This document shows, piece by piece, positions 24,001-35,863 of a stretch of 64,000 bases of DNA. The notes under the pieces were generated by a model. That model ran no database searches. It was given only the letters and a program-made list of their open reading frames with translations, and was not told the DNA's origin. Within the stretch, counting starts at the first letter, position 1, and the number at the start of each line of letters is the position of its first letter. Source of the DNA: Antedon mediterranea (Eukaryota > Animalia > Echinodermata); contig NC_092671.1 in the NCBI RefSeq assembly GCF_964355755.1, forward strand, positions 34,730,304 through 34,794,303, written 5' to 3'. Position numbers and translations under genes: made by a program.

Positions 24001-25613
24001 TACCGGAGAAACACCACTTTTCAACTTGATGTCATAAGGATCTTGATATTTACCTAAACCTGTAAATACATCACGATTCTCTCGAATCAAAGAATCTTTA
24101 GTTAGTGCATGTACATATTTATTATTTATCACATTATCACTACACATCATATTGTTACCACGTTTGATCAGACCAAGCTCCCTACAGGCTTTCAATCCAA
24201 GTATAGGTGGACCATCAACATTAGTAATAAAGAAGTCATAATCATTTTGGATGTTATCAACTTTTACATTTAGAGTAACTTTACCAATATGTTTTACAAT
24301 TTCATCACTATAACTATATAGGTTAGTTTTAGAATGATATACTTTAATGTTCTTATGTCCTGGTAACTTTCTAAATGTTTCCAGTGGTATGCAGTTAACA
24401 CCTGCTCCTGTGTCAAGCTTCATCTTTAACACATTACCTCCCACAAACACATCATAGAACCAAGCGTTCTTGTCATCGTTATCTCTTAGAGTGTCAATAT
24501 AAAAGTACTCATTTTTATCTTTAACAGTTAAAGTGTCAATGTATAAGTCATTAGGATCACTTACACCTTCGGCAATAATATACTGTTCATCCATTGTATG
24601 TACAGCTCTTCCACGTCCACGACCGCGTCCTCGGGAAAAACGTTTGGTGCACACAGACTGAAAATGATTCAAACCCTTACACCCGTAGCATGTTTTACCA
24701 TAAGCTGGACACTGACGAGGTAGATGTGAAGAACCGCACCTGCTACATTTAATTTTGGCTGCATCCGTAAACTGATGATTCTGTTGACCACTAACCCTTG
24801 GCGTCTGTTTATGTGATTTGGTTCTTCTCAATGCATGAACCTTCGGCTTATAATCACTTGCAACACCGGCCATTTCAAGCTCGCGTCTAGAACTCTCAAA
24901 AGTTCTCATTCGGTGTATCACAGTATCAAGTGTAGCGTTGCCATCATCGCCCATAACTTTCATTTTCATCACTGGATTTGTTACACTGAAGAAAAGCTTA
25001 TCACGAATCGTACCGTCTTGATCCACAAATTTACAATTCACCGCCATTGTTCTTAAGTCATTCACAAACTCATCCAAACCCTGACCTTCGGGTCGTTCAT
25101 ATTGCCAATATTGCGCTCGTAACGCCATTATCGGGTCCCGTTTATTACAGTATTCATCATACTTTGACATTACTGTATCAAAATCATTATTGTCCTCTGC
25201 TGGGACATAATCTTCCTGACCCGGTTCGCCTACAAGATCAGTGAACGTAAAGTTGTTGTAAATATCTAAGCCACGCCCTTCCAGTGTAGTAATTAAAATT
25301 GCTACCTTTATTTCACCACTTTTACGTGCACTGCCAGTCGCTTTCAGAAAGAATGTAAATCTCTGTTTCCACCTTTTCCAAGCAGCAGACACACTAGGAC
25401 CATCAAAATCGAAGGGTGGAGGCGGCTTAAATTTCAACGATTCCATTTTGAGTGAATTTCCACTATTCTGACACCATATTACAAGTGTGACTCGTCAACA
25501 CGGTTCTTTTAATTCAACTACTGTTTTTATTACTTCACCGAGCGTAACGTAGTTTGCATAATTTGCAAATAACAAACAAATATAATTAGCATATTAACAG
25601 AACATATGTGACA
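21030..25613 (-). mobile_element. Intact Gypsy (Mag-like) LTR retrotransposon, 4584 bp
   Basis: 137-bp LTRs at 21030-21166 and 25477-25613, identical by eye. TSD CAAGA. PBS TGGTGTCAGAA is tRNA-Leu-like. PPT at 21167-21179. A 32-bp x3 repeat lies at 21300-21395. Confidence 0.97.
21451..25446 (-). CDS. Gypsy Gag-Pol polyprotein (Gag-PR-RT-RH-IN), 1331 aa
   Basis: Zinc knuckles, protease LDTGA, RT (RMPFG, ISDD), RNase H (CDAS, EKE, TDHKPL, ADALSR), integrase HHCC and DDE, in Gypsy order. Confidence 0.97.
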   Translation of the reverse strand: MESLKFKPPPPFDFDGPSVSAAWKRWKQRFTFFLKATGSARKSGEIKVAILITTLEGRGLDIYNNFTFTDLVGEPGQEDYVPAEDNNDFDTVMSKYDEYCNKRDPIMALRAQYWQYERPEGQGLDEFVNDLRTMAVNCKFVDQDGTIRDKLFFSVTNPVMKMKVMGDDGNATLDTVIHRMRTFESSRRELEMAGVASDYKPKVHALRRTKSHKQTPRVSGQQNHQFTDAAKIKCSRCGSSHLPRQCPAYGKTCYGCKGLNHFQSVCTKRFSRGRGRGRGRAVHTMDEQYIIAEGVSDPNDLYIDTLTVKDKNEYFYIDTLRDNDDKNAWFYDVFVGGNVLKMKLDTGAGVNCIPLETFRKLPGHKNIKVYHSKTNLYSYSDEIVKHIGKVTLNVKVDNIQNDYDFFITNVDGPPILGLKACRELGLIKRGNNMMCSDNVINNKYVHALTKDSLIRENRDVFTGLGKYQDPYDIKLKSGVSPVVHPPRRVPLSLHTKLKEKLDDMEKRGVIKRTDKPTDWVNSLVIVEKRDGSLRLCLDPRDLNKAIRREHHMIPTGKDVVSQLSGKTLFTVFDQKDAYWQVPLTDASADICTFNTPFGRYSFLRMPFGICSASEVLQKRNQQIFGHIPNVHIISDDMIIATGSEAEHNATVQRVMDTARANNAKFNGSKLKYKQSELVFMGNVVSADGQKPDEEKVRVIKEMPDPQCKSDLQRIMGMLNYLSQFIPNMSNVSAPLRELLKKDVAWFWGPEQAESLRQLKALISSKPVLSFFDPQKPTIIQCDASSTGLGSCLLQEGHPVAFASRSLTSAEVNYSQIEKEMLAICFSIHKYHQYVYGRAVEVHTDHKPLETITRKPLHKASPRIQQMLLKLIKYELDVKYVPGKYMYIADALSRAYPDKVDRDAQPLEQLKYRVHSLDEILPMSKAKIEEAIRATHADVILQTLILTCKSGWPKHRWGAPEQVRQYWHLRDEIHEIDGLVFLGEKLIVPSQMRADMLNKIHESHLGMEKCKARARSILYWPGMTNDIESVVSRCPVCVKFMRRNQREPIIPHKVPMRPWAKLGADIFTFAGRDHLIVVDYFSKYPEVVTLTSKTAGEIIKKLKSIFSRHGIPEILMTDNMPFASYEFKRFANQWGFDLVTSSPTYARSNGQVERFVQTIKQLMRKSVDEGSDFHLALLDYRDSPIAGLNCSPAQLLMSRKLRSTLPVTHTLLQPQVIVGARDFLQSRQQSMTKYYDRGTRVLTKLRKGDNVRILKGRQWEPAVVANEHELPRSYVVMTEDGTSYRRNRQHLLNTQQPDTLQKGVPTLQKVPEAPPLRRSDRVSRPPDRLDYK

Positions 25614-25795
25614 CAAGACCTAAGATTACAAATTCTAAGATATACTACAGCTTAAAAACAATACTTGTTTATCCATACATAATTTTAAACACAGTAGGTT
25701 TCATTTATTACCATAAATATAATTAAATACTACCGCAAAACATAGATAAACTCACATTATTTTCGCCCGTTGAGTAAATGTATATTTTTTTCTTT

Positions 25796-26873
25796 GGGTG
25801 TCACGAAAGCTCAGACCACGAAAGCTCAGACCCCCTAAGACCTAAGATCACGAAAGCTAAGACCCAACACCTAAGAATAAGATTACAAATATTTATCTTT
25901 CGCACCTGCCTTGTATTTTAACTCCTAACATTTATTCTGAATACCACACCTTAGAATTGGCACTTTCATGAAAAAGAATCACATAAAAAGTAACAAATAC
26001 ATTTTTAAATTGATGATTTTACAGACGTTTTTCTCGCACACAAAATGACTAGCCTACAGTACAGTAGGCCTACCACGTGGGCCATGTTCAATGTTTTTGT
26101 TTCTATGGAACGTCAAAAGAGCAAAAATTATATAGAGGGCTGAAAACTCTGTGGAGTCCATCTACAGTGTGGATGGAACAATGTAAAATTAAAATTGTAA
26201 TGATAATAGTATAATCATGCAAGTACGAAGAAATAAATACTGGCAAATAAATTTTAATTTAAAAATCATGATAAGTTTTTTTGTTTCGTTTTCTTTCTGT
26301 TTTTATACTTGTACTATTATTGTTTCCATAGAAACAAAAACATTGAGCATGGGGAGCTCGAGGAGTTACATTACAGTATACAAAGAAACACATCTGTAAA
26401 ATCATCAATTTAAAGGATTTATTTATTTGTTATTACTGTATGTGTTTCTCCTTCTGAAAGTACTTATAAGTCCTAATTTTAAAGTGTGGTGTTCAGGATA
26501 AAGTTAGTCAACAAATTTGGAGTCAAAATACAAGAAAGGCAGGTGCGTAAGAAAAACATCCTCTGAACCAACACAATGGAGTAAATATATACCAACAAAC
26601 AACCCGTCAAGTTTGTTTGTTGTAAAGAAAAAATATACATTTACTCAACGGGCGAAAATAATGTGAGTTTATCTATGTTTTGCGGTAGTATTAAATTATA
26701 TTTATGGTAATAAATGAAACCTTCTGTGTTTAAAATTATGTATGGATAAACAAGTATTGTTTTTAAGCTGTAGTATATCTTAGTATTTGTAATCTTAGGT
26801 GTTGGGTCTTAGCTTTCGTGATCTTAGGTCTTAGGGGGTCTGAGCTTTCGTGGTCTGAGCTTTCGTGACACCC
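25796..26873. mobile_element. Second copy of the MULE-like element, nested in inverted orientation
   Basis: Same TIRs. 10-bp TSD TTTTTTCTTT at 25786-25795 and 26874-26883. The interior is the reverse complement of the host element. Confidence 0.88.
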
Positions 26874-29277
26874 TTTTTTCTTTACAACAAACAAACTTAC
26901 TCCATTGTGTTGGTTCAGAGGATGTTTTTCTTACGCACCTGCCTTTCTTGTATTTTGACTCCAAATTTGTTAACTAACTTTATCCTGAATACCACACTTT
27001 AAATTAGGATTTATAAGTACTTTCAGACGGAGAAACACATAAAAACAAATAATTAAATCCTTTAAATTGATGATTTTACAGACATGTTTCTTTGTATACT
27101 GTAACTCCTCGAGCTCCGCCCATGCTCAATGTTTTTGTTTCTATGGAGCGCCAAAAGAGCAACAATAATAGTACAAGTATAAAAACAGAAAGAAAACGAA
27201 ACAAATCATGATTTTTAAATTAAAATTTATTTGCCAGTATTTATTTCTTCGTACTTGCATGATTATACTATTATCATTACAATTTAAATTTTACATTGTT
27301 CCATCCACACTGTAGATGGACTCCACAGAGTTTTCAGCCCTCTATATAATTTTGCTCTTTTGACGTTCCATAAAAACAAAAACATTGAACATGGTAGGCC
27401 TACAACTGCTACTGTACTGTAGGCTAGTCATGCGAAATTCGCAAACAGTTTGTGTGCGAGAAAAACGTCTGTAAAATCATCAATTTAAAAATGTATTTGT
27501 TACTTTTTATGTGATTCTTTTTCATAAAAGTGCCAATTCTAAGGTGTGGATAAATGTTGGGAGTTAAAATACAAGGCAGGTGCGAAAGATAAATATTTGT
27601 AATCTTTGGTCTTGGGTCTTAGCTTTCGTGATCTTAGGTCTTAGGGGGTCTTAGCTTTCGTGGTCTTCGTGACACCCCTGTCTTTAGGGCGTATCCAGGG
27701 CCCTAAACGGTGGTGGTGTATGTAGTTGTAGGCTGAGCACGTGGGAAAATTTGGGATCATGCGCATGCTCAAATCACTATAAATATTTGAAAATATTATG
27801 ACGTTTTGATAAATAAAAAATAATTTATAATGTACTTTAAAGAAATATATTCTATACTTGCTTAAAATTCAATATTTATAAAGTTTTTAAAAAACTATTT
27901 TAATAAACTCTTAAATACATTAGCGTAATCACGATGCCAAAACATCGTCTGGTTCAGGACAAGTAAGTACTTGATAACTTTCGTCACTGGTGTGATCAAT
28001 GACGAATCAGTAATAACTGCGATATACATAGTAACGGTTACAGAATCGGGTGCAGGCAATGGGTTTTGGTTGCATTTAACCGGTTGTTTTTTTATTTTTA
28101 TAAGTGAAACATTTTTTTTTCTGCATAAGTGATTAACTTTATTAAAACAAAAAACAAAATGGCCTAGGCCTATTCAAAATATGATTTTATTAATCTTTAT
28201 TGTTCGTGTTTTTGGGACAATACATCTTTAAATTACTAATATAGGTCTATATTACAGATACTATTCATGATCTAATACAGTTACGTAGGTCTACTAATAA
28301 TAGTTACTCGTTCTGAATTTTGGAGCTGTATCTAATCTTAGTTACGAAATGAGAGAACCGCCGTACTCTGATTATTGTACTAATTGCAATCTCACTTTGG
28401 GTTTTGATGTTGAACTTGTTTTTCGCTCCTCTATATCAATATAGCCAGTACCATATATAAAGGAATCTGTAGAGTAAAAGTATCAAAAACAGTTCCCACC
28501 AGCCGCGGACAAACGTATACTCACTACTCACTAATCAAACAATTGTTCTTCATTATAAACACCATTTGCCAAAAATATTTACCACCAGAGGAAGAATTGT
28601 TCTGACAATGATAAACTGAAAGCCAAAACGAAAACATTGTACAGTATATCGAACATACTGTCTACATACATCTCATAGACTCTTCTCAGACGTGCTGTGG
28701 CGTTTGACTCTACAGCTCACTATGTCGGTCGATTAGTCGGTCTGTTGGTCGGTAAACACTAACTTGAGCACGCGACTGCAGCCATTTTCAGCCGTAGTAC
28801 ACTAAGCTTCCGCGTGATAAAGTTTCATAATGCTTCCGTCTTCTTGAATATAACTGAATTGTTTGTTTGTTGTTTGTCTAATAACATACACAGGTTTATG
28901 GACTAATATCGGAATAATGCAATGTTTATAGTGTATTGTCATTTCAGTTAGACTTCTGCAACATTAGCACGGATACTCCCTCTCCAAATGCTGTCTAATA
29001 ATTATTGAAATGCAATATTTGGTTAGCTTAGTTGTGTGATATAAGTCGTCAGCTTATAGTTTTTGAGTAAATGTTTGTTTTCTGATAACGGAATACAAGT
29101 GTTTCAAAGCAACTGTGACTTTAGACCAGATATTTGTATTGTCATCAATTAATGCTAAAGTACAAAAACGGTACGGGAATAACTCTTTCCGCATGCCGTT
29201 CCTTTGGTTCACTTGCGTAGACACAATTATACTACACCACCTCTCAGTATCTGCATTCTGCATTAATAGGACCTAAA

Positions 29278-30420
29278 ATGGGACCTAAATCAGATCGAAG
29301 ATTTTCAATAGTAACTTACAATGGAGTAATTCCGCCAACTCGAAAACGAATGTCTCTGATCGTCTGCCGAATTGTTTCAAATGTGCTTATATTGGTTATG
29401 TGCATCATTGGTGCTGTAATCCTGCTGGCAGGGTTCTTTTTAGACACTCTTTTCATCTACATCGGAGTTGGTATTTTGTTTGGTACGATTCTTTTCCGCG
29501 TTTTATTTGTCAAAAGAATAATATACTGCTCGGCCTACTGGAATATAGGATCTGAACTTGAGGAAACGGAAGACGGAATTGGTCACATTCCAACTCCTTC
29601 TCGCTCTAATTCACTACCTACGATTGGTTATGTCGATGGAAGGACATATCTGCCAGTGAATCCGAAAAATGTACATCTGGAGTTTTCTGAATCCGAGAAA
29701 AGAAAGTTAGAAGCTTTAAGCAAATATCCTCCAACGTATATTCCTAATGGTAGACCATTGGCCGATGACAAGTAAGTAGGCGCATACAACAATGTTACCA
29801 GAGTCATATAAATTATATAATATTTATTTAAATAATATGGCCTACGCATGTAATGGATTGTATCACCTTTTACGTTATACGACACAAATCATATCAGCAA
29901 TGTGTGCCTCACCTTAACTCAAGTCAACAAGCGACGAACTTAGTAAGCCTAAGGACCCTGACGCCCTTGGTTCGTCGTAGTGGGCCCTCGTAAGTTTCAC
30001 AGAAAGGTGTCCCACCCAAAGAAGGGGTTCATGGCCTACACTTATACTGCAACATAACATCATCATTCAACACCAGAAACAAACAATAGTAAAAGCAACA
30101 GTTTTAGACACTGTTTTTCCTATGGCTTGTCATCTATATAATGTTCATTTTTCAAGATATTTATAGTTAAGGTGTTACGTTTTTATATTGTGTTTTAAAC
30201 TGTATTGTATCTATGTTTCAAAGCTCAGGAAAACAAATTTCATGTATGTTATATTATGTGACAATAAATTGAATCTTAAAACATTTCTTATACAGACAAT
30301 AATGCGATTTTGTATAATTTCAGGACTGCAGGCGATGTGCCGAGTGAATGCACGTCGACACCACCACCTATTTACAATTATGTAATGAAGAACAAAACAG
30401 AAGACATTGATAAATGTTGA
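29278..30420 (+). CDS. TM-PY gene B, about 196 aa
   Basis: Exons 29278-29771 and 30324-30420 with a phase-2 intron (AA|gtaagt ... tttcag|G). Hairpin then IIYC. PPTY in exon 1; exon 2 reads KTAGDVPSECTSTPPPIYNYVMKNKTEDIDKC*. Confidence 0.8.
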
Positions 30421-31790
30421 TATACACGATGGACGTAATACGAAAACCTACATATGTTGCTAGAGAAGAGACAAGTTATGTCACTAGGGCCAACATTCAG
30501 ACTGATGTCTCAGTTATTATTGGTGTGTTTAAAAACAGCCCTACGTGGGTGACGACACATACATAGAATAAAACAACGAATATGTTTATTTCAGTAGAAC
30601 CCCTAAAGAGGACACATTCGGGACCCAACACAGTGTGCAAGGGGACACCAGCAAAAACCCTTGTCCCTTGAATAGGGGAAAAACAAACATATCAAGATAA
30701 AAAATAATTGATCTGGACGTATTGACAATTTAGCACCAATTCGTTTCACCAATGAAAACTGTCAAACCAAAGAGAGTATCATGATGGCCGTAATATTCTT
30801 GCTTGTGTTTGCAAAACATATATGCTTCATAACTCAAAAATGTATTGTCGAAGGAGAAGTATCCTATATAATATTTGAGTTTAGTCGAGTTTGCGAATTT
30901 TCTTTTTTTTTTCTTTTGATATGGATAAAATATTCCGAAATAAAAGAAATTTAATGTATTATCATAATTCTTGTGATATTCCTTTTTGTATTCAAAATGA
31001 AATATAAATTGAATATAATAAAAGGCGAATTTTGTTTGTTTTTTTGTTAAAAAAGGATTCTTTCCCCGCTTCAATCTGGTTCTTGATTCCATGAAGATGG
31101 CCTACCATGTTTAGTATTAAGTTTAGAGTTCGTACTGATGCTAAAGCAAATACTCAATAGGATCTACTGACCGTAAAAAGAGAAAACACAGGCATATTAT
31201 CAATATCAATTCAATTTCAATTTCGCTTTTATTTCGGATTCACGTCCATAGTTACAACAACTGTACCGGTATTCCTATTGTTTCGCCTGGCGCGGCGCTG
31301 ATGATGATTGTGATGGTGGCGGTGTTCATTATGAATATATGTTCCTGATTGGTCAGTGGTTGATTGTTTCTAATTTACGTTATGAATACACACACTCATG
31401 TGCACTTTTATTTAATTTATTAAAATCGTTCCACTCGGAACTATATTCTAATACAGTACTATAAAAATATGATATTACATCGATATATTTTGTATTGCAG
31501 TACTGTATTAGTAATATAAATATATAGCGTCTAAACTACTATTTATGACTCAAACTATGCCAACCTAGCCTCTTCTTTATATCTAGTCGACCAGTAGGGC
31601 CACAAATTTGTATAGGTAATCACCTCCGACATCTACAATAGACGCCACTGTCAAGATATTTTCATGTTAAAACGGTCAGGGTTTGCCTTGACTTACTTCA
31701 CCAAATTAACTCAACTAGGCCTACTTACTATAGGATGAACATTTTTTAAAAAATCAACTGAATCTACTTATTGCCATTTATTTGCCTAAA

Positions 31791-33006
31791 TCAAATATTA
31801 ATTTGTTGGCTCTCTATCGAAGCTATGACGTCATTGTAAGATGGCGGAACTATGCATGTCTTCGTCTTCATTGAGGATTTTTCGATTACATCATCATAAG
31901 ATGGCGGTATATTATTAATGCCTGAGGTAACGGACCTACACTGACGAGAACTGAAAGTTAAAAAAGTTCACATAAATTAAAATATATAAAGGTAGTACTG
32001 TACTGTAATTAAATAATACTTCTGTAATATCAAACATTTGACTGATGCATGAACATGAACACTGGACTGGAAAATCATTCTCAGAAACACTGATGTCGGA
32101 AAATAACTAAGACTAGCCATAAAGCCATCATTTGATTACGAATTTCCAACTGCAGAAGATATATTGTCCCCAAAAAACTTGAAAAATGACGATTAATAAA
32201 AATCAGACTTTGAATATGCCATTTTGTAGTTTCAACAAAGTTTTAAAAAAAAACCTGAAAAAATAATGTTTTCACTTATAATATGACAAAATAAACGGTT
32301 AAATTCAACCAAAAACCCATTGGCTGGCAGCCAATTTGACAATTTTTTGCTTTAAATAACATTTTTTTCAGGTATATTTTTTTTTTTCCCATCCAATTTT
32401 TGGTCAACGTGAATAACTATTATGTGACATTAAAATGGCATATTGAACAAACAAATTTAAACAAATTATTTTTCCAGGGGACAATACATCTTTAAAAGTG
32501 AATACGCACCTTTTGAAATTATATTGTTTATGGTAGAAAGACACAAGCCACAAACGTAATCTTTCACTGAACGATAAAGCTTGAGCATTCCTAGGAAGCT
32601 GTGCTATGAAATAGGAAACCTCTGCACCATGAATATAGGGTTTTGCTTCTAAAGGTACAATATGATTTCTTTGGTAGATTCTCAGAGAACCAGTATCTGA
32701 AGATATGTACAGTCTCTGCTGGGCTCGGTTTTGACAGTAAACAATCAGAACAAACATCACAAAAGTCATGATAAATAACGGACAGACAGCCCAAAAAGAA
32801 CAAATGCCGATAAGTGAGGGTATGGTAATCGTAATCAAAACGATGATATAGACAAAGTAAAGCCAATGGAAGTTCCAATAGTCAGCTGTGAGTACCCGAT
32901 CTGCAGTGTTGTCCTCTCTGCCAGCGAAATTGTCTTCTTCAGGTCTAATTCCAATCGGATTGCACTGGCAATGATGGTCCATTCTGGTTAAAATACTAGC
33001 ATCCAT
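31791..33006 (-). CDS. TM-PY gene C1, about 218 aa
   Basis: Exons 33006-32510 and 31950-31791 with a phase-2 intron (AG|gtgcgt ... tttcag|T). Hairpin then IVYC. Exon 2 has IPPSYDDV and VPPSYNDV. Confidence 0.8.
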
Positions 33007-33367
33007 GACCCAAAGTAACTCAAGCCTCAGTTTTCATGTTCTGTTTAATTCTGTATACACGCGATAAATGCAGGATGCTGTCTAAAAGCTGTTTTAATTG
33101 GAATAATACTTCTGACTAATCAATTTCCTGTACATTATCACCAAGTTCCTAATGGTATACATATCCTGTGTGTATTAAAAAGTTTTTATAAATCTTCCAC
33201 CCTTTTAAATCTTCAACTTTTATTAAATTTCTTCCCACAATGTTCATATTCATATACAGCTTTCTCCTGTGTGTATTCTCAAATGACTTTTTAAATACGC
33301 GCTTTGTTTAAAATTTTTTCCACAATGTTCACATTCATACAGTATGATGTCTGACACGAATGAATTC

Positions 33368-34750
33368 TCAGATGTCTTTTAAATTCCTATAATCATTAAA
33401 TTTCTTCCCACAATGTTCACATTCATATGGTGTCTCTCCTGTGTGTATTCTCAAATGTCTTTTAAAATTCCCATTACGGTTAAATTTCTTTCCACAATGT
33501 TCACATTCATATGGTGCCTCTCCTGTGTGTAGTCTCAAATGTATTTTCAAATTCCCACTTGCTTTAAATTTCTTTCCACAATGTTCACATTCATATGGTG
33601 TCTCTCCTGTGTGTATTCTTAAATGCCTTTTCAAATGCTCACTTCGTCGAAATTTCTTTCCACAATGTCCACATTCATATGGTGTCTCTCCTGTGTGTAT
33701 TCTCAAATGTCTTTTAAAATTCCCATTACGGTTAAATTTCTTTCCACAATGTTCACATTCATATGGTGTCTCTCCTGTGTGTAGTCTCAAATGTATTTTT
33801 AATACTCCACTTTCTTTAAATGTCTTTTCACAATGTTTACATTCATATGGCGCCTCTCCTGTGTGTATTCTCAAATGTTTTTTCAAATGCCCACCTTGTT
33901 TAAATTTCTTCCCACAATGTTCACATTCATAAGGTGTTTCTCCTGTATGTATTCTCAAATGCATTTTGAAATAACTACTTTCTTTAAATTTCTTCCCACA
34001 ATGTTCACATTCATATGGTGTTTCTCCTGTGTGTACTTTTAAATGTCTTTTCAAATGCCCACTTTGTTTAAATATCCTCTCACAATGTTCACATTCATAT
34101 GGTGTCTCTCCTGTGTGTATTCTCAAATGTGTTTTCAAATTCCCACTTTCTTTAAATTTCTTTCCACAATGTTCACATTCATATGGTGTCTCTCCTGAGT
34201 GTATTCTCAAATGAGTTTTTAAATTCCAACTTTTTTTTAATGTTTTCCCACAATGTTCACATTCATATGGTGTCTCTCCTGTGTGTATTCTCAAATGAGT
34301 TTTTAAATTCCAACTTTTTTTTAATGTTTTCCCACAATGTTCACATTCATATGGTGTCTCTCCTGTGTGTATTCTCAAATGAGTTTTTAAATTCCCACTG
34401 TATTTGAATGTCTTCCCGCAATGTTCACATTGATATGACGGAGTCTTTTCTGTGTGTATTCTCAAATGTTTTTCCAAACGAGGATGTTCTTTAAATGTCT
34501 TTCCACAATGTTTACATTCATATGGTGTCTCTTCTTTGTGTATTATCAAATTCTTCCCACAATGTTCAGTTTCATTTATTATGTCTTCTTTGCCCACACT
34601 CACTAAATGCGTTTCAAAATTGTCTTCAGATAATATTGGCTCTTGGTATTCACATTTCAACTCTTCTGGCCATGTATGATGTATTCCTAAATGCACCTTC
34701 AAATCACTAAGCTCAAATTTATCTCCACAATGTTCACATTTATATTTCAT
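33368..34750 (-). CDS. C2H2 zinc-finger array protein, copy 1 (13 intact tandem fingers; 3' frameshift)
   Basis: Repeated CEHC...[11 protein letters not shown]. It ends NDYRNLKDI* where the paralogue continues [13 protein letters not shown]. Decayed fingers run on to ~33160. Confidence 0.9.
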   Translation of the reverse strand: MKYKCEHCGDKFELSDLKVHLGIHHTWPEELKCEYQEPILSEDNFETHLVSVGKEDIINETEHCGKNLIIHKEETPYECKHCGKTFKEHPRLEKHLRIHTEKTPSYQCEHCGKTFKYSGNLKTHLRIHTGETPYECEHCGKTLKKSWNLKTHLRIHTGETPYECEHCGKTLKKSWNLKTHLRIHSGETPYECEHCGKKFKESGNLKTHLRIHTGETPYECEHCERIFKQSGHLKRHLKVHTGETPYECEHCGKKFKESSYFKMHLRIHTGETPYECEHCGKKFKQGGHLKKHLRIHTGEAPYECKHCEKTFKESGVLKIHLRLHTGETPYECEHCGKKFNRNGNFKRHLRIHTGETPYECGHCGKKFRRSEHLKRHLRIHTGETPYECEHCGKKFKASGNLKIHLRLHTGEAPYECEHCGKKFNRNGNFKRHLRIHTGETPYECEHCGKKFNDYRNLKDI

Positions 34751-35850
34751 GTTGGTTTTCGTTTAACTCTACAAATACAATATTTTGAAAATTTAAACTC
34801 TGTATTTACCATGGAGTTTACAGTATGTCTAGATTTAGTTTGTGTAAAAATCATGAAAGAACAAACCATTTTAATACCTCATCTATCCTATTAATATAGG
34901 CCTACATCACTTACATTATACCTACAGTTACACTGCTAAATTTCATTTATGAGGAATGTTCTGCACTGTTGTATTTAAATCAGGTAAAACTAACTAGGCC
35001 CCTATTTAGTTAATAATTTTCATGTGCTCAAAAATAAAAACACCTGGCTGCAAAACTTTAAATAAATGGTGTTATTCGGGTTTGTAGGCCTACTAGCTAC
35101 CACTGTACTAACATTTCGGCCACCGGAATTATCTGCCAAGACAAATTTCCTTGTCCAAAAAAAAAAAATTCCGTTTGTGTGATTATTCGAGATACTTCTT
35201 GGAGTAACTCTATGAATAGCATAACCCTCACCCACCATCCCCCCACCCCTACACCCGTGTTTTAAGACTGGGTGAAGGAGTCAGCTCCTTCTAATTCTGT
35301 ACATAAAATTTTAAAAATATACAATTATTCCTGGTTATTGGCGCGCCATATTTGGCAGCCGAAATTAACATAACATATTTTGTCCTTTGTTCAATAACCG
35401 GCGGTCGAAATACACTTTGACCAGTTACCTAGGCCTAACTAAAACTAAACTAGGCCTAGGCTATACTAGTAGGTCTAGAGGCCTAGTACTTAGTAAGTAG
35501 GGTAGTAGTAGTACTGTGTAGGTGTAAGTTAGTGGCGCTAGGCTAGTTCCCGGGGGACACTTCTGCATTGTATTTTGACTTCAAATTTGTCGTGAGTAGC
35601 ACACCTTACAATTAGGCCTAATAAGTACTTTTATGAAGGAGTATCACATAAGAAACAAATAAATCCTTTTAATTGTGATTTTACAGACGTGTTTCTCGCA
35701 CACACCGCGAATTTTAGGGCAAAGCTGTAAAACTGTAACAACACCTGAACAGCAAACAAAGATAGTGTGACAACAGTAATGTTTTCCATGCGGTGGGGCG
35801 CCCGCGTACGTCGGGATGTATATTGTTTTTTGTGACGGTCACACTCTAAC

Positions 35851-35863
35851 CATGGCCTCCATG
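35851..35863. mobile_element. P-superfamily-like footprint with 7-bp TSD CTCTAAC
   Basis: CTCTAAC-CATGGCCTCCATG-CTCTAAC. The paralogous site near 45861-45882 is empty. Confidence 0.65.

Larger units (their letters stand above)
20956..27677. mobile_element. Non-autonomous MULE-like TIR element (~1 kb net) hosting a Gypsy and a second copy of itself
   Basis: TIRs GGGTGTCACGAA with internal taagacc repeats. 10-bp TSD CTGTCTTTAG at 20946-20955 and 27678-27687. Confidence 0.85.

Noticed and set aside
31619-31632. 14-bp match to gene E exon 2 (atcacctccgacat), a possible seventh PY exon
   Set aside because: Reads SPPTS with no Tyr, has no usable acceptor phase, and is absent from the duplicate.
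32404-32509. C-terminal tails of track ORFs 32404-33006 and 40396-40974
   Set aside because: They read through the splice donor into an intronic Kolobok-like MITE.
33441-34710. Plus-strand Cys-rich ORFs over the ZF genes (also 41409-42591)
   Set aside because: Antisense shadows of the 84-bp finger repeat.
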